The notes: generated by a model not told the origin, from the sequence alone. Numbered from the stretch's first letter, positions 47,558-56,801 are shown. The stretch is 64,000 nucleotides of DNA from Candidatus Roizmanbacteria bacterium RIFCSPLOWO2_01_FULL_37_16 (GCA_001789695.1 MGAI01000035.1:2274-66273); one strand, 5' to 3'. Translations and numbers: made by a program.

Positions 47558-50116
47558 ATGTATTTCCCTCGTGTATTTTCAAGGAAACGTCAATATATAA
47601 GACAAAGAGTGATCATTTTTACTTTAATTATCATAACCGGATTGATTATTTTTGTTTTTCTTTTTGCCTTTTTTTTGTTTGCTTGGTATGCTCGTGACCT
47701 CCCATCCCCTGGTAAACTTACCCAAATATCAGGCAGCTCTACAGTATTTTACGATCGAGATGAGAAGATACTTTTTGAAATGTATAAAGATAAAAACCGC
47801 GTTCCCATAAGTCTCGATAAAATTTCCGAGGACTTTAAAAAAGCTACAATTTCAATTGAAGATAAAAACTTTTATCAACATCAAGGAGTCTCTCAGTTAG
47901 GTATCTTGAGAGCTTTTTTAAATATTATCTTAGGGAGAGGTCTCCAAGGAGGATCTACTATCACACAACAACTTATAAAAAATGTTCTGCTTGATCCGCG
48001 AAGAACCCTACCTAGAAAAATTAAGGAAATAATATTAGCCTTTGAGGTAGAAAGAAGATATTCTAAAGATCAAATCTTGGAGATGTATTTAAATGAAGCG
48101 CCTTATGGTGGAAGTTACTGGGGAATAGGATCAGCTGCAAAGGGTTACTTTGGCAAAGAACCTAAAGATTTAAATCTGTTGGAGTCTGCAATATTAGCGG
48201 GACTGCCTCAAAGTCCCAGTATTTATTCTCCTTTTATTGGAAAAAATGACGCTTGGAAAAAAAGAACAAAAGACGTATTAAGGCGTATGAGGGAAGACGG
48301 GGAAATAAACAGAAACCAAGAAAGTGTTGCATCCAAAACGCTAGAAAAGATTAAATTTACATCGCCAAAACTATCTATTGCAGCTCCTCATTTTGTCTTT
48401 TATGTTAGAGATCAAATTGAAAAAGAATTTGGCGGTAAACTTTTGGATAAAGGAGTAAAAATAAAAACAACTTTATCATTAGATACTCAAGAAATTGCAG
48501 AAAAAATAGTCAATGAGGAAATTAAGAAACTTAAAAGTTTTAATCTAACAAATAGTGCTGTCGTTATACTAAATTCTGAAACAAATGAAATTCTGGCCAT
48601 GGTTGGATCTTACGATTTTAATGATGAAAAATTCGGAAAATTTAATGCCGCCTTAGGCTTGCGTCAGCCTGGATCTGCAATTAAGCCTGTTACCTATGCA
48701 CTGGCTTTCGAGAAAGGATATACACCAGCTACACTTTTACTGGATGTTAAAACGAATTTTCCTCAAATTGGACAAGATGATTATGTCCCGGTCAATTACG
48801 ATGGAAAATTTAGAGGTCCGATGCAGCTTAGATTCACTTTAGGAAATTCGATAAATATTCCCGCCGTTAAACTGCTGGCTATGGTAGGGATTCGCGATTT
48901 TTTACAAAAAGCGTCAGATATGGGAATGGAATCTTTTGCACCGACGGAGAAAAACCTAAGACGATTTGGCCTATCTATAACTCTTGGAGGTGGTGAAACC
49001 AGGTTGCTTGATATCACCTCTGCCTTTTCTATTTTTGCCAGAGGCGGAATTAAAAAAGAATTGAGTTCTGTTTGGGAAATCTCTGATTTTACTGGTAAGA
49101 CAATATTCAAAAAATCAAAAACTAAGGAACAAAGAATTTTTTCTCCTGAAGTTTCTTTTCTTATATCACATATATTATCTGATAATAATGCAAGAATTGA
49201 AGAATTTGGAGCTAACTCTTACTTAAATATTCCCGGCAAAACAGTGGCAGTAAAAACAGGAACATCTAACGACAAGCGTGATAACTGGGCAATTGGATTT
49301 AGCAAAGGGATTACGATTGGGATATGGTCTGGCAATAATGATAATTCACCCATGAATCAAAAGATTGCCTCAGGGGCAACTGGGGCCTCACAAATTTTTT
49401 ACCGATTGATGATCGAACTTTTAAAATCCTATAAAGATGGAATTATGGAAAAACCTGATAAGGTAAAAGCTGTAACAATAGATTCTTTTTTAGGAGGATT
49501 ACCTCATGAAGCTGTTCCGACCAGATCCGAATATTTCCTAGATGGATCAGAACCGAAAGATCTCTCGTCGTTTTACAAAAAATTAAAAATTTCCAAATCA
49601 ACAGGTAAATTAGCAAACGACGTTGAGATAAGAACAGGAAACTATGATGAGAAAGAATATATAGTAATTAGGGAAAATGACCCTATATCAACCGATGGAA
49701 AAAATCGTTGGCAAGAATCTATCGATGCCTGGGTGAAAGAAATTAACGATGACAAATATCATCCACCTACTGAAATATCAGAGTCTTCCTCTGAACTTGT
49801 AATTGTACAGATAAAATCTCCATCTGACAAAGAAACCATAAGTTCAAATGAAATCGTAATTAAAGGGAAGATTGCTAGCATTTATCCAATTAAATTTACT
49901 AAATTTTATATAAACGGAAGTGAAGTACGTATTCTTGATGGAAATATCAGTGAATTTAACGAAAGCTTTAATCTGTCTGATGGGGTTTATGAAATCAAAG
50001 TTATGTCCTGGAACGAAAAAGATAAAAATGGTGACTCTGTGGTAAAAATAGGGGTTAATAAAGCGTGGGATTCTTTTAATCCTACGCCAACTATAGTCAT
50101 AACTCCAACTCCTTGA
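47558..50116 (+). CDS. Class A penicillin-binding protein (glycosyltransferase GT51 + transpeptidase)
   Basis: TM anchor, GT51 motifs (EDKNFYQHQGV, GGSTITQQL, RKIKE), transpeptidase motifs SAIKP and KTGTS, and an extra C-terminal beta-rich domain. Confidence 0.85.
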   Translation: MYFPRVFSRKRQYIRQRVIIFTLIIITGLIIFVFLFAFFLFAWYARDLPSPGKLTQISGSSTVFYDRDEKILFEMYKDKNRVPISLDKISEDFKKATISIEDKNFYQHQGVSQLGILRAFLNIILGRGLQGGSTITQQLIKNVLLDPRRTLPRKIKEIILAFEVERRYSKDQILEMYLNEAPYGGSYWGIGSAAKGYFGKEPKDLNLLESAILAGLPQSPSIYSPFIGKNDAWKKRTKDVLRRMREDGEINRNQESVASKTLEKIKFTSPKLSIAAPHFVFYVRDQIEKEFGGKLLDKGVKIKTTLSLDTQEIAEKIVNEEIKKLKSFNLTNSAVVILNSETNEILAMVGSYDFNDEKFGKFNAALGLRQPGSAIKPVTYALAFEKGYTPATLLLDVKTNFPQIGQDDYVPVNYDGKFRGPMQLRFTLGNSINIPAVKLLAMVGIRDFLQKASDMGMESFAPTEKNLRRFGLSITLGGGETRLLDITSAFSIFARGGIKKELSSVWEISDFTGKTIFKKSKTKEQRIFSPEVSFLISHILSDNNARIEEFGANSYLNIPGKTVAVKTGTSNDKRDNWAIGFSKGITIGIWSGNNDNSPMNQKIASGATGASQIFYRLMIELLKSYKDGIMEKPDKVKAVTIDSFLGGLPHEAVPTRSEYFLDGSEPKDLSSFYKKLKISKSTGKLANDVEIRTGNYDEKEYIVIRENDPISTDGKNRWQESIDAWVKEINDDKYHPPTEISESSSELVIVQIKSPSDKETISSNEIVIKGKIASIYPIKFTKFYINGSEVRILDGNISEFNESFNLSDGVYEIKVMSWNEKDKNGDSVVKIGVNKAWDSFNPTPTIVITPTP

Positions 50117-50170
50117 TTAATACTGGGTTGATTTTTCCTGTAACGATCGTTTCAATTTTTGTCAATCTTC

Positions 50171-52207
50171 CTATAGTAGTTTTGATTGAATTTTCTCTAA
50201 TTCAATTTTTGCTTCCTGTTCTGTAATGTTTTTTCGATTTGAAGAGAAATAAAATCGTAAGGTGATTTTATTTTTAAAAGTATCAATTAATTCTATTTTT
50301 TCTAATAGATATGAAGTTTTGAATGCTAATTCTTTAATTAAAGAATAAGGCTGGTTTTTATTTTGCGCAAGTGTTAAATCTAACTTTATTTGAGCAAAGG
50401 GATTTATCGCTTTATATATACCTATAGGTAAATAATATTTCATCAACACTTCAAGCTCAAAGGATGCCAAATAAACGTTATTTTTCAAACCAAATCTGTC
50501 TTTTATCAAATAGTTTAACTGTCCAAATTTCCCTATCCAATCTTTGTCGATAGTAATTTCAGCTTGTAATCCTTTTTCGAAAATAAGGAACTTACTTTGA
50601 CTAATTTTATATTTCTCAATTTTCAGCTCAGTAAAAAGAGAGTCAATAATTCCTTTAAGATCATCAATATTTGTGTTTACTACTATAGCTAATTGATATT
50701 TTTCAATAGGTAAATTTCCCTTTTTGGGAATATAACTTTTGGCAATTTCAAAAAATTTAAGCACATCTGCTTTTCCTTCATTATTTTTAATATTCATAAT
50801 TAGAGAGGGGAAGATATGTGTTCGCATAAACTTGATTTCCTCAGAAATCGAATTTTTTATTGCCAGGTGATCTTCTATTATTAAATCGGACTTCTTTATC
50901 ATTTTTTCAGAGATCATAGAGTAATTCATAACTTCATTGAGACCTAAGTGTTTCAAAAAATACTTAATTTTTGATTGAAGATTAAACATAAGTTCTGCTT
51001 CTTTTGGTTGCTTTATATAAACAGACGATTGAATATTATTGGGAAGATTATGATAACCGTAAATTCTGGCAATTTCTTCAATCAGGTCTTCCTTAATCAA
51101 AACATCCCGACTTCGATACGAAGGTATTTGTACAGTTACCAATTCATCACGGCCGTGGTCAACATGGTTATTAAATCCGAGGTTTGATAAAATTTTTATA
51201 ATCTTATCTTTACTTACTTGAACGCCAATAATCCTTTGAATATCAGTGATTGAGACAGTTAAAGATTTGGATTTATAGGGATTTGGGTAAATATCATAGA
51301 TTTGCGAAGCAATTTTTGCTCCTGCGTATTTTTCGAGTAGCTCAACTCCGTAAACTGTTGTCGGTTCGACTCTTTCTTCGTCCAGTCCTTTTTCAAAATA
51401 GGTCGCGGCAACAGTGCGTTGACCAGTTGTCATTGACGCTCTTCGAATCTTTTTTGGATTGTATGTCTGAACAAAAAAAATTATGTTGTTTGTTTTGTCG
51501 TTTACTGCAGAATTAGAGCCTCCCATAATTCCGCAAAGATCAATTAGCCTTTTGTTGCCATCTTCAATTACAATATCTCCTCCTGGTAGAACAATTTGTT
51601 TTCCATCTAAGGTTACGATTTTTTCTCCTTCTTTACTTTCGCGCATAATCATTGTGGCTTTCCCTATCGAATCATAATCAAATATATGTACGGGTTGTCC
51701 AAAAGCAAGCATAAGATAATTTGATATATCAATGACGTTATTTATAGATTTTATTCCGCAAAATTGAAGTCGTTCTCTAACAAAATCAGGAGGTTTTGAA
51801 ATTTTCACATTTTCTAAAACGATAGCTGTAAATCGGGAGCATAAATTGTCGGATTTAATTTTAATATCTAAATTTTTGTTACGATCGCTACTTTTTTTGA
51901 GAAAATTAAATTTATATTTTTCTAAGGGATTAACCTTTAGCCTTGCTTTTTTACCAAAATAAGGGAGAATTGCTAAGGCTTCCTGGGCTATGCCGAAAAC
52001 TGAAGCGATATCTACGCGATTTGAGGTTATTTCAATATCGTAAACATAGTCATTTGTCCCTCGTAGCTTTAGCGGAGTGGAATCAGCCATTTTAGTAACA
52101 CTCTCTATGGAAGGACCACAAAGAGACAAGTATTTTTGGATTTCCTGAGGCGTTGCATCAGTATCCAAATAGTCCAAAAGCCAATTGTGGGTGATTTTTA
52201 TATTCAC
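50171..52207 (-). CDS. pheT: Phenylalanine--tRNA ligase beta subunit (no N-terminal tRNA-binding OB domain evident)
   Basis: B3/4 and B5 domain sequences (ITSNRVDIASVFGIAQE, GIMGG) and an anticodon-binding-like C-terminus. Directly downstream of pheS. Confidence 0.9.
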   Translation of the reverse strand: MNIKITHNWLLDYLDTDATPQEIQKYLSLCGPSIESVTKMADSTPLKLRGTNDYVYDIEITSNRVDIASVFGIAQEALAILPYFGKKARLKVNPLEKYKFNFLKKSSDRNKNLDIKIKSDNLCSRFTAIVLENVKISKPPDFVRERLQFCGIKSINNVIDISNYLMLAFGQPVHIFDYDSIGKATMIMRESKEGEKIVTLDGKQIVLPGGDIVIEDGNKRLIDLCGIMGGSNSAVNDKTNNIIFFVQTYNPKKIRRASMTTGQRTVAATYFEKGLDEERVEPTTVYGVELLEKYAGAKIASQIYDIYPNPYKSKSLTVSITDIQRIIGVQVSKDKIIKILSNLGFNNHVDHGRDELVTVQIPSYRSRDVLIKEDLIEEIARIYGYHNLPNNIQSSVYIKQPKEAELMFNLQSKIKYFLKHLGLNEVMNYSMISEKMIKKSDLIIEDHLAIKNSISEEIKFMRTHIFPSLIMNIKNNEGKADVLKFFEIAKSYIPKKGNLPIEKYQLAIVVNTNIDDLKGIIDSLFTELKIEKYKISQSKFLIFEKGLQAEITIDKDWIGKFGQLNYLIKDRFGLKNNVYLASFELEVLMKYYLPIGIYKAINPFAQIKLDLTLAQNKNQPYSLIKELAFKTSYLLEKIELIDTFKNKITLRFYFSSNRKNITEQEAKIELEKIQSKLL

Positions 52208-52211
52208 AATA

Positions 52212-52290
52212 GTTCATAACGTTCATAAAGTGAAAAGTTCATAAAGATATTGCTTTACAAACTTTAAAAACTTTATAAACTTTCTAACTT
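52212..52290. repeat. AT-rich repeat element in the pheS-pheT spacer, related to the 23S helix-25 insertion
   Basis: Three GTTCATAA units on the left and TTTNNAAAC units on the right; AAGTTCATAAAG pairs with CTTTATAAACTT. By eye, 52221-52250 matches 38406-38435 at 27/30, and 52253-52290 matches 38455-38491 at 32/38. Confidence 0.5.
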
Positions 52291-52294
52291 TTAA

Positions 52295-53335
52295 TCAGAA
52301 TTCTTTTAAAAATCTAATATCTCCATCGTATAAAATTCTAATATTATCCATTTTTGTTTGAATTATAATCAATCGTTCAATGCCAAAAGCAAATGCCCAA
52401 CCGGTATATTTACTTGGATCAATTTTACCGGCTTTTAAAACGTTTGGGTGAACCATGCCAGCCCCGGCTAATTCTAACCAACCAGATTTACAAACTTTAC
52501 ACTGTTGCCCTGATATTTCACCCTTACCCAAACAAACAGCACAGGTAATGTCAATTTCAAACGATGGTTCGGTAAATTGAAAGTGAAAGGGTCTGAGTCT
52601 AGCTTCAAATTCTTCACCAAAGTATTCCTTAACAAAGTAATCTATTGTACCTTTGAGATTTGTGATATTGATGTTTTTATCAACACACAACGATTCAAAT
52701 TGATGGAACATAGGCGTATGAGTTACATCCCAGTTAGGACGGTAACATTTAGCGATATTAATCATTCGTATAGGTGGTTTTCCCACTCGCATCATCTCAC
52801 GAACCTGACATGAAGATGTATGTGGTGACAAAATCATCTTTCCGTATTTTTTACTTTCTGCTGCATCAATGAAAAGAGTTTCAAAGTCGTCACGAGCAGG
52901 GTGACCTTTCGGCATGTTAAGAGAATCGAAGGAAAAATATTCCCACTCAACTTCTGGGTACGTCATGCGAATAAAACCTATTTTTTTAAAAATATCACTA
53001 ATTTTTTCAATAGCGTTAGAAATAAGATGAAGACTGCCTTTAGGATATTGCTTTCCAGGAAGAGTAATATCAAAATAGGAAGCTGTATCGGGTTTTTTTA
53101 TAAGTTGCTGACGCTTTACTCCAATTAATTGATTAATTGAAGTTTTAAGTTTATTGACTTTTAGACCAAAATCTTTTTTCTCTTCGGATTTTAAGTTGGT
53201 AATAGATTGAAGTAAATGATTAATTAAGCCTTTGCGACCGAGGTAAATGATTTGAATAGTTTCTAGATCATGAATCGTGTCTAGGTTCTTAATTTTTTTT
53301 TTGAATTCCAAAAGAAGTTTTTCAACGTTATTCAT
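52295..53335 (-). CDS. pheS: Phenylalanine--tRNA ligase alpha subunit
   Basis: Class II motifs (HPARD, RPNWDVTHTPMFHQFE, GWAFAFGIERL). Contains a C4 cluster (CAVCLGKG...CKVCKSG). Confidence 0.95.
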   Translation of the reverse strand: MNNVEKLLLEFKKKIKNLDTIHDLETIQIIYLGRKGLINHLLQSITNLKSEEKKDFGLKVNKLKTSINQLIGVKRQQLIKKPDTASYFDITLPGKQYPKGSLHLISNAIEKISDIFKKIGFIRMTYPEVEWEYFSFDSLNMPKGHPARDDFETLFIDAAESKKYGKMILSPHTSSCQVREMMRVGKPPIRMINIAKCYRPNWDVTHTPMFHQFESLCVDKNINITNLKGTIDYFVKEYFGEEFEARLRPFHFQFTEPSFEIDITCAVCLGKGEISGQQCKVCKSGWLELAGAGMVHPNVLKAGKIDPSKYTGWAFAFGIERLIIIQTKMDNIRILYDGDIRFLKEF

Positions 53336-53365
53336 TATATTCTTACATTAATTGAATTATTTGCG

Positions 53366-53716
53366 TCATTTTATTTTCTCCACAATCTTTTCAAAAATCT
53401 TAGGATATTCGACGGCAATTTTCGCCAAGATTTTTCTGTCTAATTCAACTTTATTAGTTTTTAGTTTATTAATAAATTTATTGTAGTTTAATCCAAGCAA
53501 TCGAAGAGCAGCATTGATGCGGATAATCCAGAGTCTACGAAAATCTCTTTTTCTATTTTTTCTCCCGGAAAAGGCATACTGGCCAGCATGAAGAACAGCC
53601 TCCTTTGCTTTTTTAAATTGTTTGTGCCTGGTCATCCAATATCCTTTTGCAAGCTTCAAGACCTTTTTATGTTTTTTTTTAGTTAATATCCCTGATTTAA
53701 CCCTGACCATAATCAA
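53366..53716 (-). CDS. rplT: 50S ribosomal protein L20
   Basis: Typical L20 sequence ([23 protein letters not shown]..., LAKIAV). Confidence 0.9.
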   Translation of the reverse strand: MIMVRVKSGILTKKKHKKVLKLAKGYWMTRHKQFKKAKEAVLHAGQYAFSGRKNRKRDFRRLWIIRINAALRLLGLNYNKFINKLKTNKVELDRKILAKIAVEYPKIFEKIVEKIK

Positions 53717-53718
53717 AA

Positions 53719-53781
53719 AGTATTAAGTATTAAATATCTAGTATTTTAATTTTATGCTTAGTATTTTATACTGGATACTAG
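53719..53781. repeat. Heptamer (AGTATNN/ATACT) repeat block in the rpmI-rplT spacer
   Basis: AAGTATTAAGTATTAAATATCTAGTATT...CTTAGTATTTTATACTGGATACTAG. Same unit composition as 6315-6400, 9211-9290 and 11346-11784, but with weaker arm complementarity. Confidence 0.4.
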
Positions 53782-53972
53782 ACTCCTAGCATTTTTTTTA
53801 TTTTCTTTTTATAATTCCCTTTTACCTGTTTTAAAAGTTTCAATCTTCTAATCTGCCTCTTAGATTTTTTTGATCTAAGATGTCGTAAATAATGAGATCT
53901 ATGTAAGAGTTTTCCTTTTTTAGTGATTTTAAAACGCTTGGCTGCTGATTTGTGAGTTTTTTGCTTAGGCAT
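53778..53972 (-). CDS. rpmI: 50S ribosomal protein L35
   Basis: MPKQKTHKSAAKRFKITKKGKLLHR is the canonical L35 N-terminus. Confidence 0.85.
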   Translation of the reverse strand: MPKQKTHKSAAKRFKITKKGKLLHRSHYLRHLRSKKSKRQIRRLKLLKQVKGNYKKKIKKMLGV

Positions 53973-53977
53973 TTATG

Positions 53978-54085
53978 ATTTGTCATCCTGAATCCATTTG
54001 CTATCGCTCAGGACTATAGCTTGTTTCAGGATATGATTAAATTGTAAAGGGATTCCTCGTCGTTTAGCTCCTCGAGATGACACAT
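53978..54085 (-). repeat. GC-rich intergenic element, copy 2 (infC-rpmI spacer)
   Basis: Read on the minus strand: TGTGTCATC..GAGGAGCTAAACGACGAGGAATCCCTTTACAAT...TCCTGAAAC[28-30 nt insert]GATTCAGGATGACAAATC. It aligns with 8699-8779. The ends are inverted repeats TGTCATC/GATGACA. Confidence 0.6.
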
Positions 54086-54105
54086 TAATCAATGTATTTT
54101 ATGTG

Positions 54106-54639
54106 TCACTTTTTCCTGGATACTACTGTACTTATGACTCTTCCCATTAACCGAGGTTCTTTTGATATATTAACGTCTTCCAGATTTGAAATGATCCGTT
54201 TAATTAAATCAAAACCCATGTTTTTTTTACTTATTTCGCGTCCTCGCAAGCTTAAATTAAGTCTAACCTGATTACCGTCATTTAAAAATTCCTTTGCTCT
54301 TCCAATTAGCCTCTCACGGTCAGCCTGTGCGATAAAAAGTGATAGCTTTATATCCTTAACGATACTTTTTTTAATACCCTTTTTTGCTTCTTTATCTTTT
54401 TTTTCCTCTTGGTAAAGAAATTTTTTGAAATCAATGAGTTTGGCAACTGGTGGACTAGCAGAAGGCGCAATCAAAACTAGATCTTGCTCTTGTTTCTGAG
54501 CTAATTGTATAGCCTCAAACTTGCTTATAATTCCCACCTGTTTTCCATCTTTATCAATCACCCTCAGGGTCGGTGCTTCTATTCTGTAATTTATATAATA
54601 AAATTTTTTTTTCTCTTTCGGTCTAAAGAAATGTCTCAA
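54106..54639 (-). CDS. infC: Translation initiation factor IF-3
   Basis: INYRIEAPTLRVIDKDGKQVGI and the C-terminal domain pattern. The true (possibly non-ATG) start is uncertain. Confidence 0.85.
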   Translation of the reverse strand: MRHFFRPKEKKKFYYINYRIEAPTLRVIDKDGKQVGIISKFEAIQLAQKQEQDLVLIAPSASPPVAKLIDFKKFLYQEEKKDKEAKKGIKKSIVKDIKLSLFIAQADRERLIGRAKEFLNDGNQVRLNLSLRGREISKKNMGFDLIKRIISNLEDVNISKEPRLMGRVISTVVSRKK

Positions 54640-54643
54640 TTTT

Positions 54644-56422
54644 TTAAGAAAAATTTTTTATCTGATCTTTTAATATTTTAATAAATTTTTCTAGACTTAT
54701 CATTCTTAAATCTTTACCTTCTCTGGTCCTAACTGAAACAAATACTGTTTTTTCTAATAGCAGATTGCTGATATTCGATTTACTTGCTTCCTTATCACCA
54801 ATTATAGCCATATAGGGAATCTTTTGCAAGGTGGCTTCACGGATTTTTGCATTTATCGTTTTATTCTCACTATATAACTCTGATCGGATATCGTAATTCT
54901 CAAGAATATCTTTTATTTTTTGTGAATAATTAATCTGCTTAACTGAAATAGGCAAAACAGCAACCTGAATAGGGGATAGCCACAAGGGAAAAGCTCCAGC
55001 ATGATGCTCCAAGAGTATCCCCATCAGCCTTTCTGATGAACCTAAAATCGCTCTATGCAACATTACTGGTGTTTGTTCTTTTCCTTTATCGTCAACATAA
55101 GATAATTTAAATCTGCGGGGCATAAAATAATCAATTTGAAGTGTCGACAATTGCCATTCTCGATCTAAGGAATCCTTAGCTATTAGGTCTAATTTAGGTG
55201 CGTAAAAGGCTGCTTCTCCTAGGCCAACAAAATATTCTATTTTTCGGTTTTTAAGTATTTCTTCCGATATTTTTTCTGATTTTTTCCAAGTGTTTTCATC
55301 ACCTATATATTTTTCCGAATGATGAGGATCTCTTACCGAAAGCCTATATTTATAGGCAAACCCAAATGCATCCATAATTTGCTTTGTCATATCAAGGGCT
55401 TTATTCATTTCTTCAACTACTTGATCTTCGCGGCAAAAAATATGACAGTCATCTTGCGAGAAAGATCTTGATCTAACAAGTCCTAATAATTCACCCGGTT
55501 TTTCATCACGATATAACATAGCAAAATCAGCTAACCTTATTGGAAGATCTTTATAGCTGCGAGGTTTTGAAGCATAAATTTGCGTATGCTGAGGACAATT
55601 CATTGGTTTCAAATAGAACTCTTCCTTGGAATAGTTTGAATGGACCTTAAACATATTTTCCCTATATTTGTCATAGTGACCGGATAATTTAAATAATTCA
55701 GCTTTATTAAATTGCGGTGTCCACACTTGATTTATTCCTTGTTTTACTTGTAAGTCTTCTACAAATTTATTTATCAAATTTCTGACTAAAGCACCTTTAG
55801 GAGTGAATAATGGTAAGCCTGATCCAACCAAATCAGAAAACGTCCACAAATCAAGAATTTTCCCTAATTTCCTATGATCGCGTTTTTTTGCTTCTTCCTG
55901 TTGCCAAAGATACTTATCCAATTCTTCCTTGGTTGGAAAGCAGGTTCCATAGATGCGAGTCAGCATTTTATTCTTTTCGTCACCTCGCCAATAAGCGCCG
56001 GCAATTGATAAGAGCTTGAAATGCTTAAGTCCACCCGCAGGGTGGTCGATGTGACCTCCGCGGCATAAATCCCAATAATCACCGGATTTATAAAAGATCA
56101 ACTTTTCTCCTTTTTGACTAAATTCATCGATCAATTCCTGCTTGAAGGGATTATTTGGATATTGTTTTTTAGCCTGCTCTTTATTTAATTCATGTCGTTC
56201 AAATGATTTCCAACGCGTTACGATTTCGTGCATTTTTTGTTCAATCTTGGGAAAATCAGATTCTGAAATTGGATTTTTAAATTCGAAATCAAAATAAAAT
56301 CCATTTTCTATAGCAGGTCCTATTGCTCTTTTGGTATCAGGCCACAATTCTATTACTGCAGCAGCCAAAAGATGAGCGCAGGAATGGCGAAGATTATTGA
56401 GATATTCTCTCTGTTTGTCCAT
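54644..56422 (-). CDS. thrS: Threonine--tRNA ligase lacking the N-terminal TGS domain
   Basis: Starts in the editing domain (RHSCAHLLAAAV), followed by class II motifs (FRDE...GLVRSRSFSQDD, GAFYAPKLD) and the anticodon-binding domain. Confidence 0.9.
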   Translation of the reverse strand: MDKQREYLNNLRHSCAHLLAAAVIELWPDTKRAIGPAIENGFYFDFEFKNPISESDFPKIEQKMHEIVTRWKSFERHELNKEQAKKQYPNNPFKQELIDEFSQKGEKLIFYKSGDYWDLCRGGHIDHPAGGLKHFKLLSIAGAYWRGDEKNKMLTRIYGTCFPTKEELDKYLWQQEEAKKRDHRKLGKILDLWTFSDLVGSGLPLFTPKGALVRNLINKFVEDLQVKQGINQVWTPQFNKAELFKLSGHYDKYRENMFKVHSNYSKEEFYLKPMNCPQHTQIYASKPRSYKDLPIRLADFAMLYRDEKPGELLGLVRSRSFSQDDCHIFCREDQVVEEMNKALDMTKQIMDAFGFAYKYRLSVRDPHHSEKYIGDENTWKKSEKISEEILKNRKIEYFVGLGEAAFYAPKLDLIAKDSLDREWQLSTLQIDYFMPRRFKLSYVDDKGKEQTPVMLHRAILGSSERLMGILLEHHAGAFPLWLSPIQVAVLPISVKQINYSQKIKDILENYDIRSELYSENKTINAKIREATLQKIPYMAIIGDKEASKSNISNLLLEKTVFVSVRTREGKDLRMISLEKFIKILKDQIKNFS

Positions 56423-56428
56423 AACATT

Positions 56429-56460
56429 GATTATACAAAATATCCCTCCTTTCGGAGGGA
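56429..56460 (-). terminator. Attenuator-type hairpin plus U-run in the thrS leader
   Basis: The minus strand reads TCCCTCC-GAAA-GGAGGGA followed by TATTTTGTATAAT, ending 7 nt before the thrS ATG. Confidence 0.35.
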
Positions 56461-56488
56461 ATATATTTACACAACATACTCCCTCCTT

Positions 56489-56536
56489 TTAGGAGAAAGC
56501 GTTGGTGGTGCAATTTAATAATTTTTCAAGCTTCAT
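56489..56536 (-). CDS. Hypothetical 15-codon leader ORF (MKLEKLLNCTTNAFS)
   Basis: Hand-translated: ATG AAG CTT GAA AAA TTA TTA AAT TGC ACC ACC AAC GCT TTC TCC TAA. It has tandem Thr codons and no clear SD. The ATG lies only ~7 nt after the candidate -10. Confidence 0.2.
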   Translation of the reverse strand: MKLEKLLNCTTNAFS

Positions 56537-56543
56537 AAATGCA

Positions 56544-56572
56544 ATCTTACCTTATGTTATTTAGTTGTCAAT
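56544..56572 (-). promoter_or_regulatory. Candidate promoter of the thrS-infC-rpmI-rplT-pheST operon
   Basis: Minus strand: TTGACA, 17 nt, TAAGAT. Confidence 0.35.
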
Positions 56573-56612
56573 AGTTTCAATTATCCTTTCACATCGACAG
56601 ACTTAGTCTTTG

Positions 56613-56686
56613 TGAGCCCAGGTGGACTTGAACCACCGACCTTTACAATGTCAATGTAACGCTCTAGCCAACTGAGCTATGGGCTC
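56613..56686 (-). tRNA. tRNA-Val(GAC)
   Basis: Reverse complement: acceptor GAGCCCA/TGGGCTC, anticodon arm TTACA-TTGACAT-TGTAA, T arm GGTGG-TTCAAGT-CCACC. Confidence 0.85.
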
Positions 56687-56772
56687 AAATTCTATATTTT
56701 GTGTTAGGTTGAACAAGGCTAAATATTCTTTATAATTATATCTTTTTAATTAAATTTCTCAACTATAAGCAA

Positions 56773-56801
56773 TTGACAAACCTATAGCAATCTGCTATAA
56801 T
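56773..56801 (+). promoter_or_regulatory. Consensus sigma70-type promoter
   Basis: Perfect TTGACA (56773-56778), 17-nt spacer, TATAAT (56796-56801), 60 nt upstream of the ATG at 56861. Confidence 0.5.

Noticed and set aside
56495-56515. A T-box riboswitch upstream of thrS (GGTGGTG seen at 56504-56510).
   Set aside because: The T-box-like string is on the plus strand, antisense to thrS. The minus-strand leader is only ~120 nt, lacks a specifier-loop and stem I architecture, and has no T-box consensus.
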